Origin: Candidatus Omnitrophota bacterium
GTDB taxonomy: Bacteria; Omnitrophota; Omnitrophia; Omnitrophales; Aquincolibacteriaceae
Reading direction: 5' to 3'
Assembly: GCA_035352955.1 (NCBI GenBank)
Contig: DAOPYQ010000001.1
Location: 165,536 to 229,535 of the forward strand
Length of the DNA: 64,000 nt
The first letter of the stretch is position 1. The number at the start of each line of letters is the position of its first letter. A program made the translations under genes and the position numbers. This document shows positions 35,191 to 48,704 of the stretch, piece by piece. The notes under the pieces were generated by a model. It was not told where the DNA came from, did not search any database, and saw only the letters and a list, made by a program, of their open reading frames with translations.

Positions 35191-37283
35191 AGGTCCTTCA
35201 GCTTCTTCCGGCGTTGGAGCTTGGCGGGACGGAGCGCGGGGTCGTGGATCTCGCGAAGGCCATGAAAAAGGAAGGTCATGAGACGGTCGTGATCTCTTCC
35301 GGCGGAGCGCTTGTCGCGGAACTGCAGCGGACGGGGATCCCGCATTACGGGCTTCCGGTGCACCAAAAATCCATCGCGGGACTTTTTTTGGTGGATGAGA
35401 TCGTGAAGATCATCGAGCGCGAACGGGTGGATGTGATTCACGCTCGGAGCCGTGTGCCGGGCTGGCTGGGCTGGCTCGCGTCGCGCAAAACCGGCGTTCC
35501 GTTCATGACGACGTGTCACGGAAACTATAAAGTTCATCCGATGAGTTTTGTGATGGGATGGGGCAAGAGGGTGATCGTGGCGTCGCATGCGATCGGTCGG
35601 CGCATGATCGACGAGTTCGGGGTCCCTCCGGACCGTATCCGGTTGATCCCGCGAGGGGTCGATCTTTCGCAGTTTCCCTTCTCTCAAGAGCGGTTCGAAA
35701 AAAAACAGGACTTATTGCGCGTGCTGCTGATCGGGCGGTTTTCCCCGAACAAAGGGCAGGTGGAATTTTTGAAGGCCGTGCATCTTTTGAGGAGCCGGCT
35801 TACGCACTTCGAGGCTCTGATCGTCGGGTCCGAAGGCCGTAACCGGCACCGCTACACCGATCTTATGAAAAAGACCGTGCACCAGTTCGGGCTGGAGTCT
35901 TGTGTGAAGATCCTTCCGCCGACGCGTGATGTGGCGGGACTTTTGGCCGGTGCCGATCTGCTCGTGCTTCCATCGCTTCTTCCGGAACCCTTTGGCCGTG
36001 TGATTATCGAGGCCGGGGCGGTCGGAATTCCCGTGGCCGCGACCTGGCTGGGCGGCGTTCTGGATATCATTGATCATAACGAGAACGGTCTTCTGTTTCC
36101 GCCGCGGAATATCCCGGTCATGGCGGAGGTGATGCACGAACTTTTAACCGATCGTGAGAAAGCGAAGACCTTTGCCGTGAGATTGCGCAGGAAGGTCGAG
36201 GAGAAATTCAACCTGAATCAGATGGTCCGGAAGACCCTTGAAGTTTATCGCGAGGTTCGTAAAAAACGGAAGATCCTCGTTATCAAACTGGGCGCGATGG
36301 GGGATTTGATCCTCGTGGTGCCGAGTTTGAGGATGCTCCGTGAGCGGTTTCCGGATGCCTCGATCACGCTTTTGGTGGACAAAAAACTTGCCCCGATCGT
36401 TTCGGCGTGTCCCTATTTTGATGACATGATTCTTGTCGACCGGAAAAAGCTCTCGAACCTGTTCTATCTTTTTAAAACCGCGAGGCGTGTCCGTCAGGAA
36501 GGTTTCGATATCTCCATCGATCTTCACAATAACAAGTGGACACATCTTCTCGCGTATCTCGGCGGGGCGGTCCAGCGGTTCGGTTTTGCGCGGGGGCAGT
36601 GGGGCTTTCTTTTGAACCGCCCGGACAAGACCTTCGCGACGGGCGACACTCCGCTCCGGCACCAGTTCCGGATCCTGTCGAAGGCGGGCGTCCAGAAATT
36701 CGAGGACACGCTGGAGCTTTGGCCGCGGCCGGAAGACGTGGAGCGGATGAGCCGTAGGATCGAGATGCTTGGGGTGAAGGAGGGTACGCGGTTCATCGGA
36801 TTTGTGATGGGATCGAGCCCCAATTGGCCGAGCAAGCGTTGGCCGGCCGGACATTTTCTTGAATTGGCAAAAAAACTTTTTAAGAAATACGATGCGCGGA
36901 TCATTTTGATCGGGTCTCCGGATGAGGCGCCGCTCGGGGAGCCTTTCCATGCTTTGGGAACGAAAAAGGTCCTGGATATCATCGGGAAAACCTCTCTGGC
37001 GGAACTTCCCGCGATCTTTGAGAGACTTCATCTGGTCGTGTCCGGGGATACGGCGCCGCTTCATGTCGCGGCAGCGATGAATGTCCCGACGGTGGCCCTT
37101 TTCGGTCCGACAGATCCGAAACGTCATTTGCCGCCCGGGAAAAAGATCGATGCATTGTCGCATCATCTGGCCTGCCAGCCTTGCTACGATGGAATTTGCA
37201 AGGCCAAGGATCCGCTCGCTTGTCTCCAACATATTTCTGTGGAGGAGGTTTTCGAGCATTGCCAAAGGTTGATCGCGTCATGA
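35187..37283 (+). CDS. Fusion protein: GT4 glycosyltransferase (N-terminal) plus GT9 heptosyltransferase (C-terminal)
   Basis: GT4 EPFGRVIIEAGAVGIPVAAT. GT9 ILVIKLGAMGDLILVVPSL and GDTAPLHVAAAMNVPTVALFGPTDP. Confidence 0.8.
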   Translation: MKVLQLLPALELGGTERGVVDLAKAMKKEGHETVVISSGGALVAELQRTGIPHYGLPVHQKSIAGLFLVDEIVKIIERERVDVIHARSRVPGWLGWLASRKTGVPFMTTCHGNYKVHPMSFVMGWGKRVIVASHAIGRRMIDEFGVPPDRIRLIPRGVDLSQFPFSQERFEKKQDLLRVLLIGRFSPNKGQVEFLKAVHLLRSRLTHFEALIVGSEGRNRHRYTDLMKKTVHQFGLESCVKILPPTRDVAGLLAGADLLVLPSLLPEPFGRVIIEAGAVGIPVAATWLGGVLDIIDHNENGLLFPPRNIPVMAEVMHELLTDREKAKTFAVRLRRKVEEKFNLNQMVRKTLEVYREVRKKRKILVIKLGAMGDLILVVPSLRMLRERFPDASITLLVDKKLAPIVSACPYFDDMILVDRKKLSNLFYLFKTARRVRQEGFDISIDLHNNKWTHLLAYLGGAVQRFGFARGQWGFLLNRPDKTFATGDTPLRHQFRILSKAGVQKFEDTLELWPRPEDVERMSRRIEMLGVKEGTRFIGFVMGSSPNWPSKRWPAGHFLELAKKLFKKYDARIILIGSPDEAPLGEPFHALGTKKVLDIIGKTSLAELPAIFERLHLVVSGDTAPLHVAAAMNVPTVALFGPTDPKRHLPPGKKIDALSHHLACQPCYDGICKAKDPLACLQHISVEEVFEHCQRLIAS

Positions 37284-38305
37284 AGATCATCGTTGTAATG
37301 AAGAACTGGTTAGGCGACCTGCTTTTTCAGATGCCGGCGCTTGATCTGATCTTGAAACGTTACCCGAACGCGAAGATCACGTGCGTTGCGCCGGAGCGGT
37401 GCCGTGAGATTCTCGAAGCGCATCCCGCTGTTTCGGGTTTTATCAGTCTCGACGAAAAAAGCACCCACCGCTCGTGGCTTTCACGGGTGAAATTCCTCTG
37501 GGAGCTGCAAAAGGCGGGGCCCTGGGACGAGGGATATCTTTTTCACCGTTCCCGGAGCCGCGCGCTGTGGTTGCTTTTTGCCGGGGTGCAGAAGAGGATC
37601 GGTTACGGCCGGGGGCGGGGGATGTTGCTCACGAAAGCAGTTCCCGAACCGGAGCAGCCGATGCATCAACTCGATTATTTTTTAAATCTGATGGAGAAGG
37701 CCGGATATTCGCTTCCCGAAGAACGGTCTTATCGCTTTTATTACAAAAACGAGGACGTTGCACATGCGCTCCGGGTCCTCCGGGAGCACGGGATCGAAAA
37801 GGGTGCGCGCTATTTCTGTTTTCATCTCGGGGCGAACTGGGAGCCGAAGCGCTGGCCTCCGGAGCACTTTGCGATATTGGCGGAGATGCTTTATGATAAG
37901 TGGCATTTGCCGCTGGTCGTGACCGGTTCGATTAACGACGAGCCGATTCTCGAAGCGTTTATGAAAGGGGTTCGCCGGGCCAAGATCGTTCCGCTGGTCG
38001 GGAAGACGGCGCTGCGTGTTTCGGCGGTTATTTATAAATATGCGGCATGCCTTGTGACGGGAGATTCCGGGCCGATGCATATCGCATCGGGGGTCGGCGC
38101 GCCGCTCGCGGCCCTTTTCGGTCCCACGGATCCGAAGCTCACGGGTCCACGGGGGACGGGTGATAGTACGGTGATTCAATACGTCCCCGAAGGTTATCAG
38201 GTGCCGTGGTACGGTGATTTACCGGTCGCGGGCTGGTTGTCTCACATCAAGCCCGAAGAAGTTTTCGCGGCGGTGGAAAGGATTTTGAGAAGCCATGGAT
38301 CGTGA
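37280..38305 (+). CDS. GT9 family (ADP-heptose:LPS) heptosyltransferase paralogue 1
   Basis: MKIIVVMKNWLGDLLFQMPAL, GDSGPMHIASGVGAPLAALFGPTDP. ATGA overlap. Confidence 0.8.
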   Translation: MKIIVVMKNWLGDLLFQMPALDLILKRYPNAKITCVAPERCREILEAHPAVSGFISLDEKSTHRSWLSRVKFLWELQKAGPWDEGYLFHRSRSRALWLLFAGVQKRIGYGRGRGMLLTKAVPEPEQPMHQLDYFLNLMEKAGYSLPEERSYRFYYKNEDVAHALRVLREHGIEKGARYFCFHLGANWEPKRWPPEHFAILAEMLYDKWHLPLVVTGSINDEPILEAFMKGVRRAKIVPLVGKTALRVSAVIYKYAACLVTGDSGPMHIASGVGAPLAALFGPTDPKLTGPRGTGDSTVIQYVPEGYQVPWYGDLPVAGWLSHIKPEEVFAAVERILRSHGS

Positions 38306-39275
38306 TCCGAAGAATATCCTGGTTGTGACGCTCAGCAATATCGGCGATGTGATTCTCACGACGCCCGTGATGATGGCGTTGCTGGAAAGGTTCCCGCAGG
38401 CAAAGATCACGGTGGTGGTGGGGCCGCGGGCGCAGGGGATCCTCCAGAGAAGCTCCGCGCTTCACAGAGTCGTGATCTATGACAAAAAGGCGGCGCTTTT
38501 TTTAAAGCTGATGTTTATTCTGGAGCTCCGGGGCGAGAAGTACGATTGGGTGGTGGATTTGCGCAACACGGCGATCCCGTTTCTGGTTTCGTGCAAAAAA
38601 AGGAGCCCTCTTTTTCGGAAATTCACCCAAGTCAATATGCGCGAACGCCATCTGGAAGTGCTTGGGATGACCGGGCTGAAACCTTCTAGACCGCCGGCTC
38701 CTTTTCAGTTTTTCAACGAGGTGGATGAGATCTTCGCCTTGAGGGCGCTTGATGCCATTGGGGTTCAGGAGATCAACGACTGGATCCTGATCGCCGCCGG
38801 AGCCGCTAGCGCGCGTAAGCGTTGGCCGGCCGAAAAGTTCCGTGATCTGGTCAAACGTCTTCATGAAAAGACCGGTAAAAAGATCCTGCTGGTTGGAGCC
38901 CTGAGTGAAAGACCCGTTGCGGAATATATCGCGGTTGAAGTTCCCGGCGCTGTGAAGATCCTGTGCGGGGACCTGACGCTTGCCGAAACGGCGGCGCTTG
39001 TTTCGAAGGCGTCCTTGCTCGTTGCCAACGATAGCGCGCTCATGCATCTTGGCTATGAACTCGGGACCCCGACGGTCGGTATTTTCGGTCCGACGAATCA
39101 CGACAAATACGGTCATACCGGTCCGAAATTTCGCATTGCACGCGCAGATGCCGCCCAGTGCAAGTGTAACTCGCATACGTTGCCTTACGCCAAACGCTCC
39201 TGCTTTCACGGCCTCTCCGTGGACCGGGTTTTCCAACTCTCGATGGAGCTTCTCAATGGAACGCAAGTTTCCTGA
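38295..39275 (+). CDS. GT9 family heptosyltransferase paralogue 2
   Basis: ILVVTLSNIGDVILTTPVM, NDSALMHLGYELGTPTVGIFGPTN. Confidence 0.8.
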   Translation: MDRDPKNILVVTLSNIGDVILTTPVMMALLERFPQAKITVVVGPRAQGILQRSSALHRVVIYDKKAALFLKLMFILELRGEKYDWVVDLRNTAIPFLVSCKKRSPLFRKFTQVNMRERHLEVLGMTGLKPSRPPAPFQFFNEVDEIFALRALDAIGVQEINDWILIAAGAASARKRWPAEKFRDLVKRLHEKTGKKILLVGALSERPVAEYIAVEVPGAVKILCGDLTLAETAALVSKASLLVANDSALMHLGYELGTPTVGIFGPTNHDKYGHTGPKFRIARADAAQCKCNSHTLPYAKRSCFHGLSVDRVFQLSMELLNGTQVS

Positions 39276-40320
39276 AGTTCCGAGGATCCTTGTAACCCGC
39301 ACGGACCGGATCGGCGATCTGGTCCTGACGACCCCGGTTTTTCGGGCGATCCGCAGTAAATTTCCCAAGGCCCATCTTGCCGCGCTTGTTTTCCTGGAGC
39401 ATCGCGAGATCGTGGAAGGGAATCCCGATCTTGACGAGGTGATCCTTTATGACAAGAGGGGCGCCGAGAAAAATCTCTGGGGGCAGTGGAAATTCGCCCG
39501 GAGGCTCCGGAAGAAAAAATTTGATATGGTGATCCATTGCCACGGCACCAACCGGATGCATCTTGCCGGATGGCTCGCGGGAATCCCGGTACGGATCGGT
39601 TATGCGCGACGTGCCCCGTGGGCACTGACGCAGGTCCATCCCTACAACAAGAAAGAAGGTAAAAAGCAAGAAGCAGAATATCTTTTTGACCTGTTGAAGC
39701 CTCTCGGAATCGTCCCGCCCCCCAAAGTGATCCCTTTTTTCCCGGTGACCGACCGAGTCGAACGTTCGCTCGAAAACCTCCTCGCATTCCATAAAGTTCC
39801 CGGGGACAAGCCGTGGATCGTTCTTAGTCCTTCGGCGAGCGATGCAACTAAAATGTGGCCGGCCGTCCGGTTTGGGGAACTTGCGACAAGGATCCACTGC
39901 GGGCATTCTTGTGTTTTTATCGCGGTCGGAAAAAGAGAGGACCGAGTGATTATCGAAACCCTGAAGCGGCACACGCAGGCGCCTGTTTTTGATCTGAGCG
40001 GGCGTCTCAGCCTCGGGATGCTTGGAGCGCTTCTCAAGAGATCTGCGCTGCTTGTTTCAAATGATTCGGGGCCGGTTCATATCGCCACAGCGGTCGGTGC
40101 GCCGGTGGTATCCATTTTTGGAAGATACGAGCCCGGGCTCGGACCGGAACGTTGGCGGCCGTTGGGGAGCAGGGTGCGTGTGGTAGCGAAGGACGTTTCC
40201 GGGATCCCCGAAACCGAGCGCAAATTCACTTATATCGACGATATCGCGGTCGAAGATGTGTTTTGCGCGGTTCGCGATCTTTTCACGAACCCGGTTCGCG
40301 AAGACGGTAGGGCCTTATGA
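39256..40320 (+). CDS. GT9 family heptosyltransferase paralogue 3
   Basis: ILVTRTDRIGDLVLTTPVFRAI, NDSGPVHIATAVGAPVVSIFG. Confidence 0.8.
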   Translation: MERKFPEVPRILVTRTDRIGDLVLTTPVFRAIRSKFPKAHLAALVFLEHREIVEGNPDLDEVILYDKRGAEKNLWGQWKFARRLRKKKFDMVIHCHGTNRMHLAGWLAGIPVRIGYARRAPWALTQVHPYNKKEGKKQEAEYLFDLLKPLGIVPPPKVIPFFPVTDRVERSLENLLAFHKVPGDKPWIVLSPSASDATKMWPAVRFGELATRIHCGHSCVFIAVGKREDRVIIETLKRHTQAPVFDLSGRLSLGMLGALLKRSALLVSNDSGPVHIATAVGAPVVSIFGRYEPGLGPERWRPLGSRVRVVAKDVSGIPETERKFTYIDDIAVEDVFCAVRDLFTNPVREDGRAL

Positions 40321-41402
40321 GAACGCTCCGCAGAGTGTTGATCGTGCATCCCTACGGGATCGGAGACCTTCTTTTTGTGACGCCGGTCCTGCGGGCGCTG
40401 AGGCTTCTCCCGACGGTCGAGACGGTGGATCTGCTTCTCGGCTCACGGACGCGCGAAGTCGTGGAAAATAATCCGCACATCAATTCTATTTTCGTCGTAG
40501 ACAAAGACAAAGCCCACCGGCAGACGTGGTTCCAGAATCTCAAGGAGAATCTGGAGCTCGGGCGAAAACTACGGGCTAAACATTACGATCTGATGCTGGA
40601 TTTTTCGTTGCGGCGGGAGAACGCGTTCTTTGCGCAATTTTTCTTTGGGATCCCGAAACGTGCCGGCTTCGCATACAAAAAAAGGGCGACGTTCCACAAC
40701 ATCCGCACCCCGCTTCCCGAAGGGTTCTGGAAAAAACATGCCGTGGACTTCTACTGCGATCTTGCGGAAGCGGCCGGAATCCCTGTGGAAGACCGGTTCC
40801 TGGAATATTATCCGCCTGCGGATACGGTCGTTCTTGGGAAAACGATTTTCGAAAAGACCCGGATCTTACCGGAACCTTTTCTGGCGGTCAGTCCCGGGGG
40901 AGGGGATTCCTGGGGGAAAGAGGCGGACTTTAAAAGGTGGCCTGTGAAGTATTTTGCCGAGCTTATCCTCCGGATCAAAAAAGAGCGCGGGATCAGCGGG
41001 GTAGCGATCCTGGGAAGCCGGTCCGAACGCGCGTTGTGTGAGGAATTGCAGGGGGCGGTCGGCGCGCCTTCGGTTGTGTTGGCGGGAGAGACGACCCTCG
41101 CGGAGACGGCGATGATCCTGAAAAAGGCCAAACTTTTTATCGGAAATGACGGGGGGCTGGTTCATTTGGCGCATGCGTTGAGGGTCCCTCTCGTTGCGTT
41201 TTACGGGCCCGTGCCGCCTGAGGTGTACGGTCCCTTCCCGGCGTCTTCCGTCGCCGTAGCAGTTTTTAAGAAAGGGCTCGAATGCCGTCCGTGCTATTAC
41301 AAATTCCGTTACAATAAAGATTGTCCGACGATCGCCTGTCTGAAGGACCTTTCGCCGGATGAAGTGATGCGCTCTATCGGGGGGAGCTATGGCCAAGCGT
41401 AA
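40317..41402 (+). CDS. GT9 family heptosyltransferase paralogue 4
   Basis: VLIVHPYGIGDLLFVTPVLRAL, NDGGLVHLAHALRVPLVAFYGP. Confidence 0.8.
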   Translation: MRTLRRVLIVHPYGIGDLLFVTPVLRALRLLPTVETVDLLLGSRTREVVENNPHINSIFVVDKDKAHRQTWFQNLKENLELGRKLRAKHYDLMLDFSLRRENAFFAQFFFGIPKRAGFAYKKRATFHNIRTPLPEGFWKKHAVDFYCDLAEAAGIPVEDRFLEYYPPADTVVLGKTIFEKTRILPEPFLAVSPGGGDSWGKEADFKRWPVKYFAELILRIKKERGISGVAILGSRSERALCEELQGAVGAPSVVLAGETTLAETAMILKKAKLFIGNDGGLVHLAHALRVPLVAFYGPVPPEVYGPFPASSVAVAVFKKGLECRPCYYKFRYNKDCPTIACLKDLSPDEVMRSIGGSYGQA

Positions 41403-42156
41403 GATCATCGAGATCGACCGGGAAAAGTGCAACGGTTGTGGTTTGTGTACCACGGCCTGCGCGGAAGGGGCGCTGGTGCTTGATCAGGAGAAGAAAGCGG
41501 TGCTTGCGAAAGAGATCTTTTGTGACGGGATGGGGGCGTGCCTTGATGTTTGTCCGACTGGAGCTTTGAAGATCGTTGAGAAAGAAAGCCAGGGTTATGA
41601 TCCGAAAGCCGCGTACGAACACGTTCTGAAGACGCAGGGTGCGGATGCCGCAAAAAAAGTTCACGGAGCGGCGCAACTTCATGCCCCGGCTCCTCACGCG
41701 CACGGTTTCGGAGGATGTCCCGGATCGATGGCTCGCGAGTTTAAACGCCCGGCGTCCCCATCGGCGGAAAATCCCGCGGGGTTCGTTCAATCGGAGTTAA
41801 GCCAGTGGCCGATCCAGCTTCATCTCATTTCGCCCGTGGCGCCTTATTTTAAGGAGTGCGATCTTTTGATCGCTGCCGATTGTACCGCTTTCACGCTGGG
41901 AAGCTTTCACCGGGACCTTCTGAAGGGGAAGCGCCTGGTTATCGCGTGTCCGAAACTTGATGAAACCTCGGAATACGTTGAGAAGATCGCGGAGTTGCTG
42001 AAGCACAATACGGTCTATTCATTGACGGTCGTGATCATGGAGGTTCCGTGCTGCTCAGGGCTTATGAGGATCGTCCAAGAAGCGGTAGAATTGTCGAGGA
42101 CGCACCTTCCGGTCAAGCGGGTCGTGATCGGATTGGACGGAAACATTCGGAATTGA
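41389..42156 (+). CDS. 4Fe-4S dicluster domain protein with Cys-rich C-terminal domain
   Basis: CNGCGLCTTAC and CDGMGACLDVCP ferredoxin motifs. C-terminal CPKLD..VPCCSGL. Confidence 0.6.
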   Translation: MAKRKIIEIDREKCNGCGLCTTACAEGALVLDQEKKAVLAKEIFCDGMGACLDVCPTGALKIVEKESQGYDPKAAYEHVLKTQGADAAKKVHGAAQLHAPAPHAHGFGGCPGSMAREFKRPASPSAENPAGFVQSELSQWPIQLHLISPVAPYFKECDLLIAADCTAFTLGSFHRDLLKGKRLVIACPKLDETSEYVEKIAELLKHNTVYSLTVVIMEVPCCSGLMRIVQEAVELSRTHLPVKRVVIGLDGNIRN

Positions 42157-42161
42157 AAAAC

Positions 42162-42962
42162 ATGAAAAGAATATTTTTATTTATTTTGGTCTTTGGCCTG
42201 TACCTCTCGCCGGTTCCCGCAAGGGAGGAGAGCGAAAAGATTTTTCCGGCTTCCGAAAAACCTGCCGGGAAGATCTTTCTTGGAGAAAAGATAACATACC
42301 AGATCAGTTACCTCGGTATCCCGGTGGGCGAGGCCGTGATGGAGGTCAAAGAGATCGCCAAGATCAAGGAGCGCAACGCTTATCATGTGGTAGTTACCGC
42401 GCGTTCGGCCCCGATTCTTGAATGGATTTATCCGGTTATGGACGAGCATCACACTTATATCGATACCGAACGTTTTCATTCGCTCCGCTACGAAAAAAAG
42501 ATCAACGAGGGGAACTATCACACCCATGAGCTCATGGAATACGACCAGGAGAAACATCTCGGGGAGTTTTATTCCTACAAGGACAAAAGCCGCAAAGAAA
42601 TGATTATTCCCCCCAATGTCCAGGACCAGATCTCCTGCGGTTACTGGTTCCGGCTTCAGGATGTGAAACCGAAAACCAAGCTCACGATGCCCGTGAATGC
42701 GGACGAAAAGAACTGGGACCTTGATGCCGTGACGTACGGTGTCAAACAAAAGAAGATCGACGGCGTGGGGGTCTTTCAGGCGATCGAGGTTGAACCCGTT
42801 TTGATGTTTGAAGGGTTTTTCATGAGACGCGGCAAGATCCGCGGTTGGATGAGCATGGATGAGCGTCGCATTCCGCTCGTCATGAAGGTCAACGTTCCCG
42901 TGCTTGGCAGTGTCAAAGCCGTTCTGACTCAATACGAACCCGGACAGGAATCTACGAATTAA
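42162..42962 (+). CDS. DUF3108-like secreted protein
   Basis: Signal peptide MKRIFLFILVFGLYLSPVPA. YQISYLGIPVGEAVMEV is typical of DUF3108. Confidence 0.45.
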   Translation: MKRIFLFILVFGLYLSPVPAREESEKIFPASEKPAGKIFLGEKITYQISYLGIPVGEAVMEVKEIAKIKERNAYHVVVTARSAPILEWIYPVMDEHHTYIDTERFHSLRYEKKINEGNYHTHELMEYDQEKHLGEFYSYKDKSRKEMIIPPNVQDQISCGYWFRLQDVKPKTKLTMPVNADEKNWDLDAVTYGVKQKKIDGVGVFQAIEVEPVLMFEGFFMRRGKIRGWMSMDERRIPLVMKVNVPVLGSVKAVLTQYEPGQESTN

Positions 42963-42991
42963 TTGCAAGTGGTTCCGTTTTTCTCTATAAT
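42963..42991 (+). promoter_or_regulatory. Putative sigma70 promoter TTGCAA-17-TATAAT
   Basis: Followed by RBS aaggagg and the ATG at 43018. Confidence 0.5.
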
Positions 42992-43017
42992 CCGCGTTTT
43001 TCAAGGAGGAAAGATCC

Positions 43018-43296
43018 ATGCCGACTTATGAATACGAATGCGGGGCGTGTGGCCACCGGTTTGAGAAGTTCCAATCGATGACCGAGAAGCCGCTCAAACA
43101 ATGTCCTGAATGCGGGAAAAACAAGATCCAGCGGATCATTCACGGCGGAGCGGGGGTTCTTTTTAAAGGAAGCGGTTTTTATCAGACCGACTACCGCTCC
43201 AAGGGCTATAAAGAATCAGCCAGGAAGGATAAGGTCCCATCCCCTGCGGCGCCTTGTTCCGGTGATTGTTCCTCCTGCCCGTCGGCGAAGAAATAG
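43018..43296 (+). CDS. FmdB-family zinc-ribbon regulatory protein
   Basis: MPTYEYECGACGHRFEKFQSMTEKPLKQCPECG. Confidence 0.8.
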   Translation: MPTYEYECGACGHRFEKFQSMTEKPLKQCPECGKNKIQRIIHGGAGVLFKGSGFYQTDYRSKGYKESARKDKVPSPAAPCSGDCSSCPSAKK

Positions 43297-43370
43297 ACGC
43301 GCCGGCTTATCCCGAAGGAAAATCCATTCTAACCTGTTAATTTTCAATGGGTTATAGCCGTTTCCTTTCG

Positions 43371-43399
43371 TTGACACCCTCAGGGATGGATGCTATCAT
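43371..43399 (+). promoter_or_regulatory. Putative sigma70 promoter TTGACA-17-TATCAT
   Basis: 30 nt upstream of the ATG at 43429. Confidence 0.5.
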
Positions 43400-43428
43400 A
43401 CCCCCTTCTTGAAAAGGCCTAACCCTCT

Positions 43429-44435
43429 ATGAAAAATACCCTTACAGCATCCGAAAAAAGACATTTTCTTGAAATCGTGGAAGGTTTCAAGGATGCCCAT
43501 ATCCTGGTGATTGGGGATTTCATCCTCGACCAGTTCGTGTGGGGGAGCGTCTCCCGCATTTCTCCTGAAGCTCCGGTTCCGGTCGTAGACGTCAAACGCG
43601 AATCCTTTATGCCGGGCGGTTCTCTGAACGTTGCCCATAACATCCGTTCTCTTAAGGGGGTGTCGTACCCCTGCGGAGTGGTAGGCCGTGATCTTTACGG
43701 GCGCATGCTTGTCAAAACTATGCGGCGGCAGGGGATTGAGACCGGCGGGATCATTTATGACGCGACTCGGCCGACGACTTTAAAGACTCGCGTGATCGCG
43801 CATTCTCAGCAGATGGTCCGGTTTGACCGTGAAAAGACCGAAGATATTTCCCGCGCCGATTTGAACAAGATCCTTAAGTTCGTCAAACAGCAGATCAAGG
43901 ATATCGATGTCGTGATCCTCGAGGATTACGGAAAAGGTGTCATGCAGCCTTTTCTTCTCCGGGAAGTCGTAAAACTTGCGCACCGGAACCGGAAACCGGT
44001 CCTCGTTGATCCGAAGGAAAAACACTTTGATTATTATCGCGGAGTGACCTGCATTACGCCGAACCGCAAGGAAGCCTACGGCGGTTATGAGCGGATCATC
44101 GGGCCGTGGCGTGAAACGCCGGTTCTTGAGCAGGTCGGGTGGCGGCTTATGAAAAAATTGAACCTCGAGTCCGTGTTGATCACCTTGGGCGAGGACGGGA
44201 TGGCTCTTTTCGAGAAAAACAAAAAGATCACCCGCATTCCGACCGCGGCTCGTGAGGTTTATGATGTGTCCGGAGCGGGAGACACGGTGATCGCGACGTT
44301 GGCGCTCGCGCTTGCGGCGGGCGCAAAAATGAGGGAAGCGGCCAAGATCTCGAATCTCGCGGCAGGTATCGTGGTCGGAAAACTTGGCACCGCGACGGTT
44401 ACCCCGGAAGAGTTGAAGGACGCCGTCAGGAAAGC

Positions 44436-44439
<4 letters not shown>
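43429..44439 (+). CDS. hldE: D-glycero-beta-D-manno-heptose 7-phosphate kinase (HldE domain I, PfkB family)
   Basis: ILVIGDFILDQFVWGSVSRISPEAPVPVV and GAGDTVIATLALALAAG. Confidence 0.8.
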
Positions 44440-47720
<3,281 letters not shown>

Positions 47721-47724
47721 GATC

Positions 47725-48696
47725 ATGAAACATTTTGGTATCAGTCAACTCGCAAAAGAGATCTTTAGCATCGAAGCTCTCGCGATCTCGAGGCTTCGCT
47801 TCAAGGTCGGCAAAGATTTTGAAAAAGCGGTTCAATGGCTCGCGGAGTGCAAGGGGCGTGTGATCCTGACGGGCATGGGGAAGCCGGGTTTTATCGCGCG
47901 GAAGATCGCGGCGACGATGGCCTCCACGGGAACGCCGAGCCTCTACCTGCATCCTGCGGAAGCGGTCCACGGTGATTTTGGTGTCGTGACGTCTAAAGAT
48001 ATCGTGATCGCTATCTCGCAGAGCGGGGAGAGCGAAGAGATCGTCCGGTTGCTTCCTTTGATCAAACGGAAGGGAGTCCCTCTTATTGCGTTGACCAGCC
48101 TTCCGAAGTCTTCGCTCGGTCGGAATGCGGATATTGTGCTGGACCTCGGGGTCCGGCGTGAGGCGTGTCCGTTGAATCTTGCTCCTTCGGCGTCCACGAC
48201 GGCCTCACTCGCGATGGGGGATGCCCTTGCACTTTGTCTTCTTAAAAAACGGGGATTTCGTTCCGAGGATTTCGCGGAGCTTCATCCCGCAGGCAGCTTG
48301 GGCCGGAGGCTCTTGCGGGTCAAAGATATCATGCGTACGGGCAAGGCCAATCCTCTGGTGAGACTTAAAACGACCGTCAGGCAGGCGCTGCTCAAGATTA
48401 CGTCTTCAAGGGCCGGGGGTTGCACGTTGGTGGATCCGAAGGGGAAACTGCTCGGTGTTTTTACAGACGGGGATCTTCGGCGTCATTTACGGACCCAAGG
48501 GGAAAAGATCCTGAACCATGCTGTGGAAAAACTGGCGACGCTCAAGCCCCGGTTCATTCATCGGGACAAGCTTGCGGAGGAGGCCTTTCATATCATGGAA
48601 TCGCTCCGAATCGACGAACTGCCCGTTGTGGACGATCAAGGACGCGTGGTGGGGCTCCTGGACGTTCAGGACCTGATGCGGGCGGGCAGGGCTTAG
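47725..48696 (+). CDS. kdsD: Arabinose-5-phosphate isomerase (SIS plus tandem CBS)
   Basis: GRVILTGMGKPGFIARKIAATMASTGTPS.. Confidence 0.9.
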   Translation: MKHFGISQLAKEIFSIEALAISRLRFKVGKDFEKAVQWLAECKGRVILTGMGKPGFIARKIAATMASTGTPSLYLHPAEAVHGDFGVVTSKDIVIAISQSGESEEIVRLLPLIKRKGVPLIALTSLPKSSLGRNADIVLDLGVRREACPLNLAPSASTTASLAMGDALALCLLKKRGFRSEDFAELHPAGSLGRRLLRVKDIMRTGKANPLVRLKTTVRQALLKITSSRAGGCTLVDPKGKLLGVFTDGDLRRHLRTQGEKILNHAVEKLATLKPRFIHRDKLAEEAFHIMESLRIDELPVVDDQGRVVGLLDVQDLMRAGRA

Positions 48697-48704
48697 CCCG
48701 TCGC

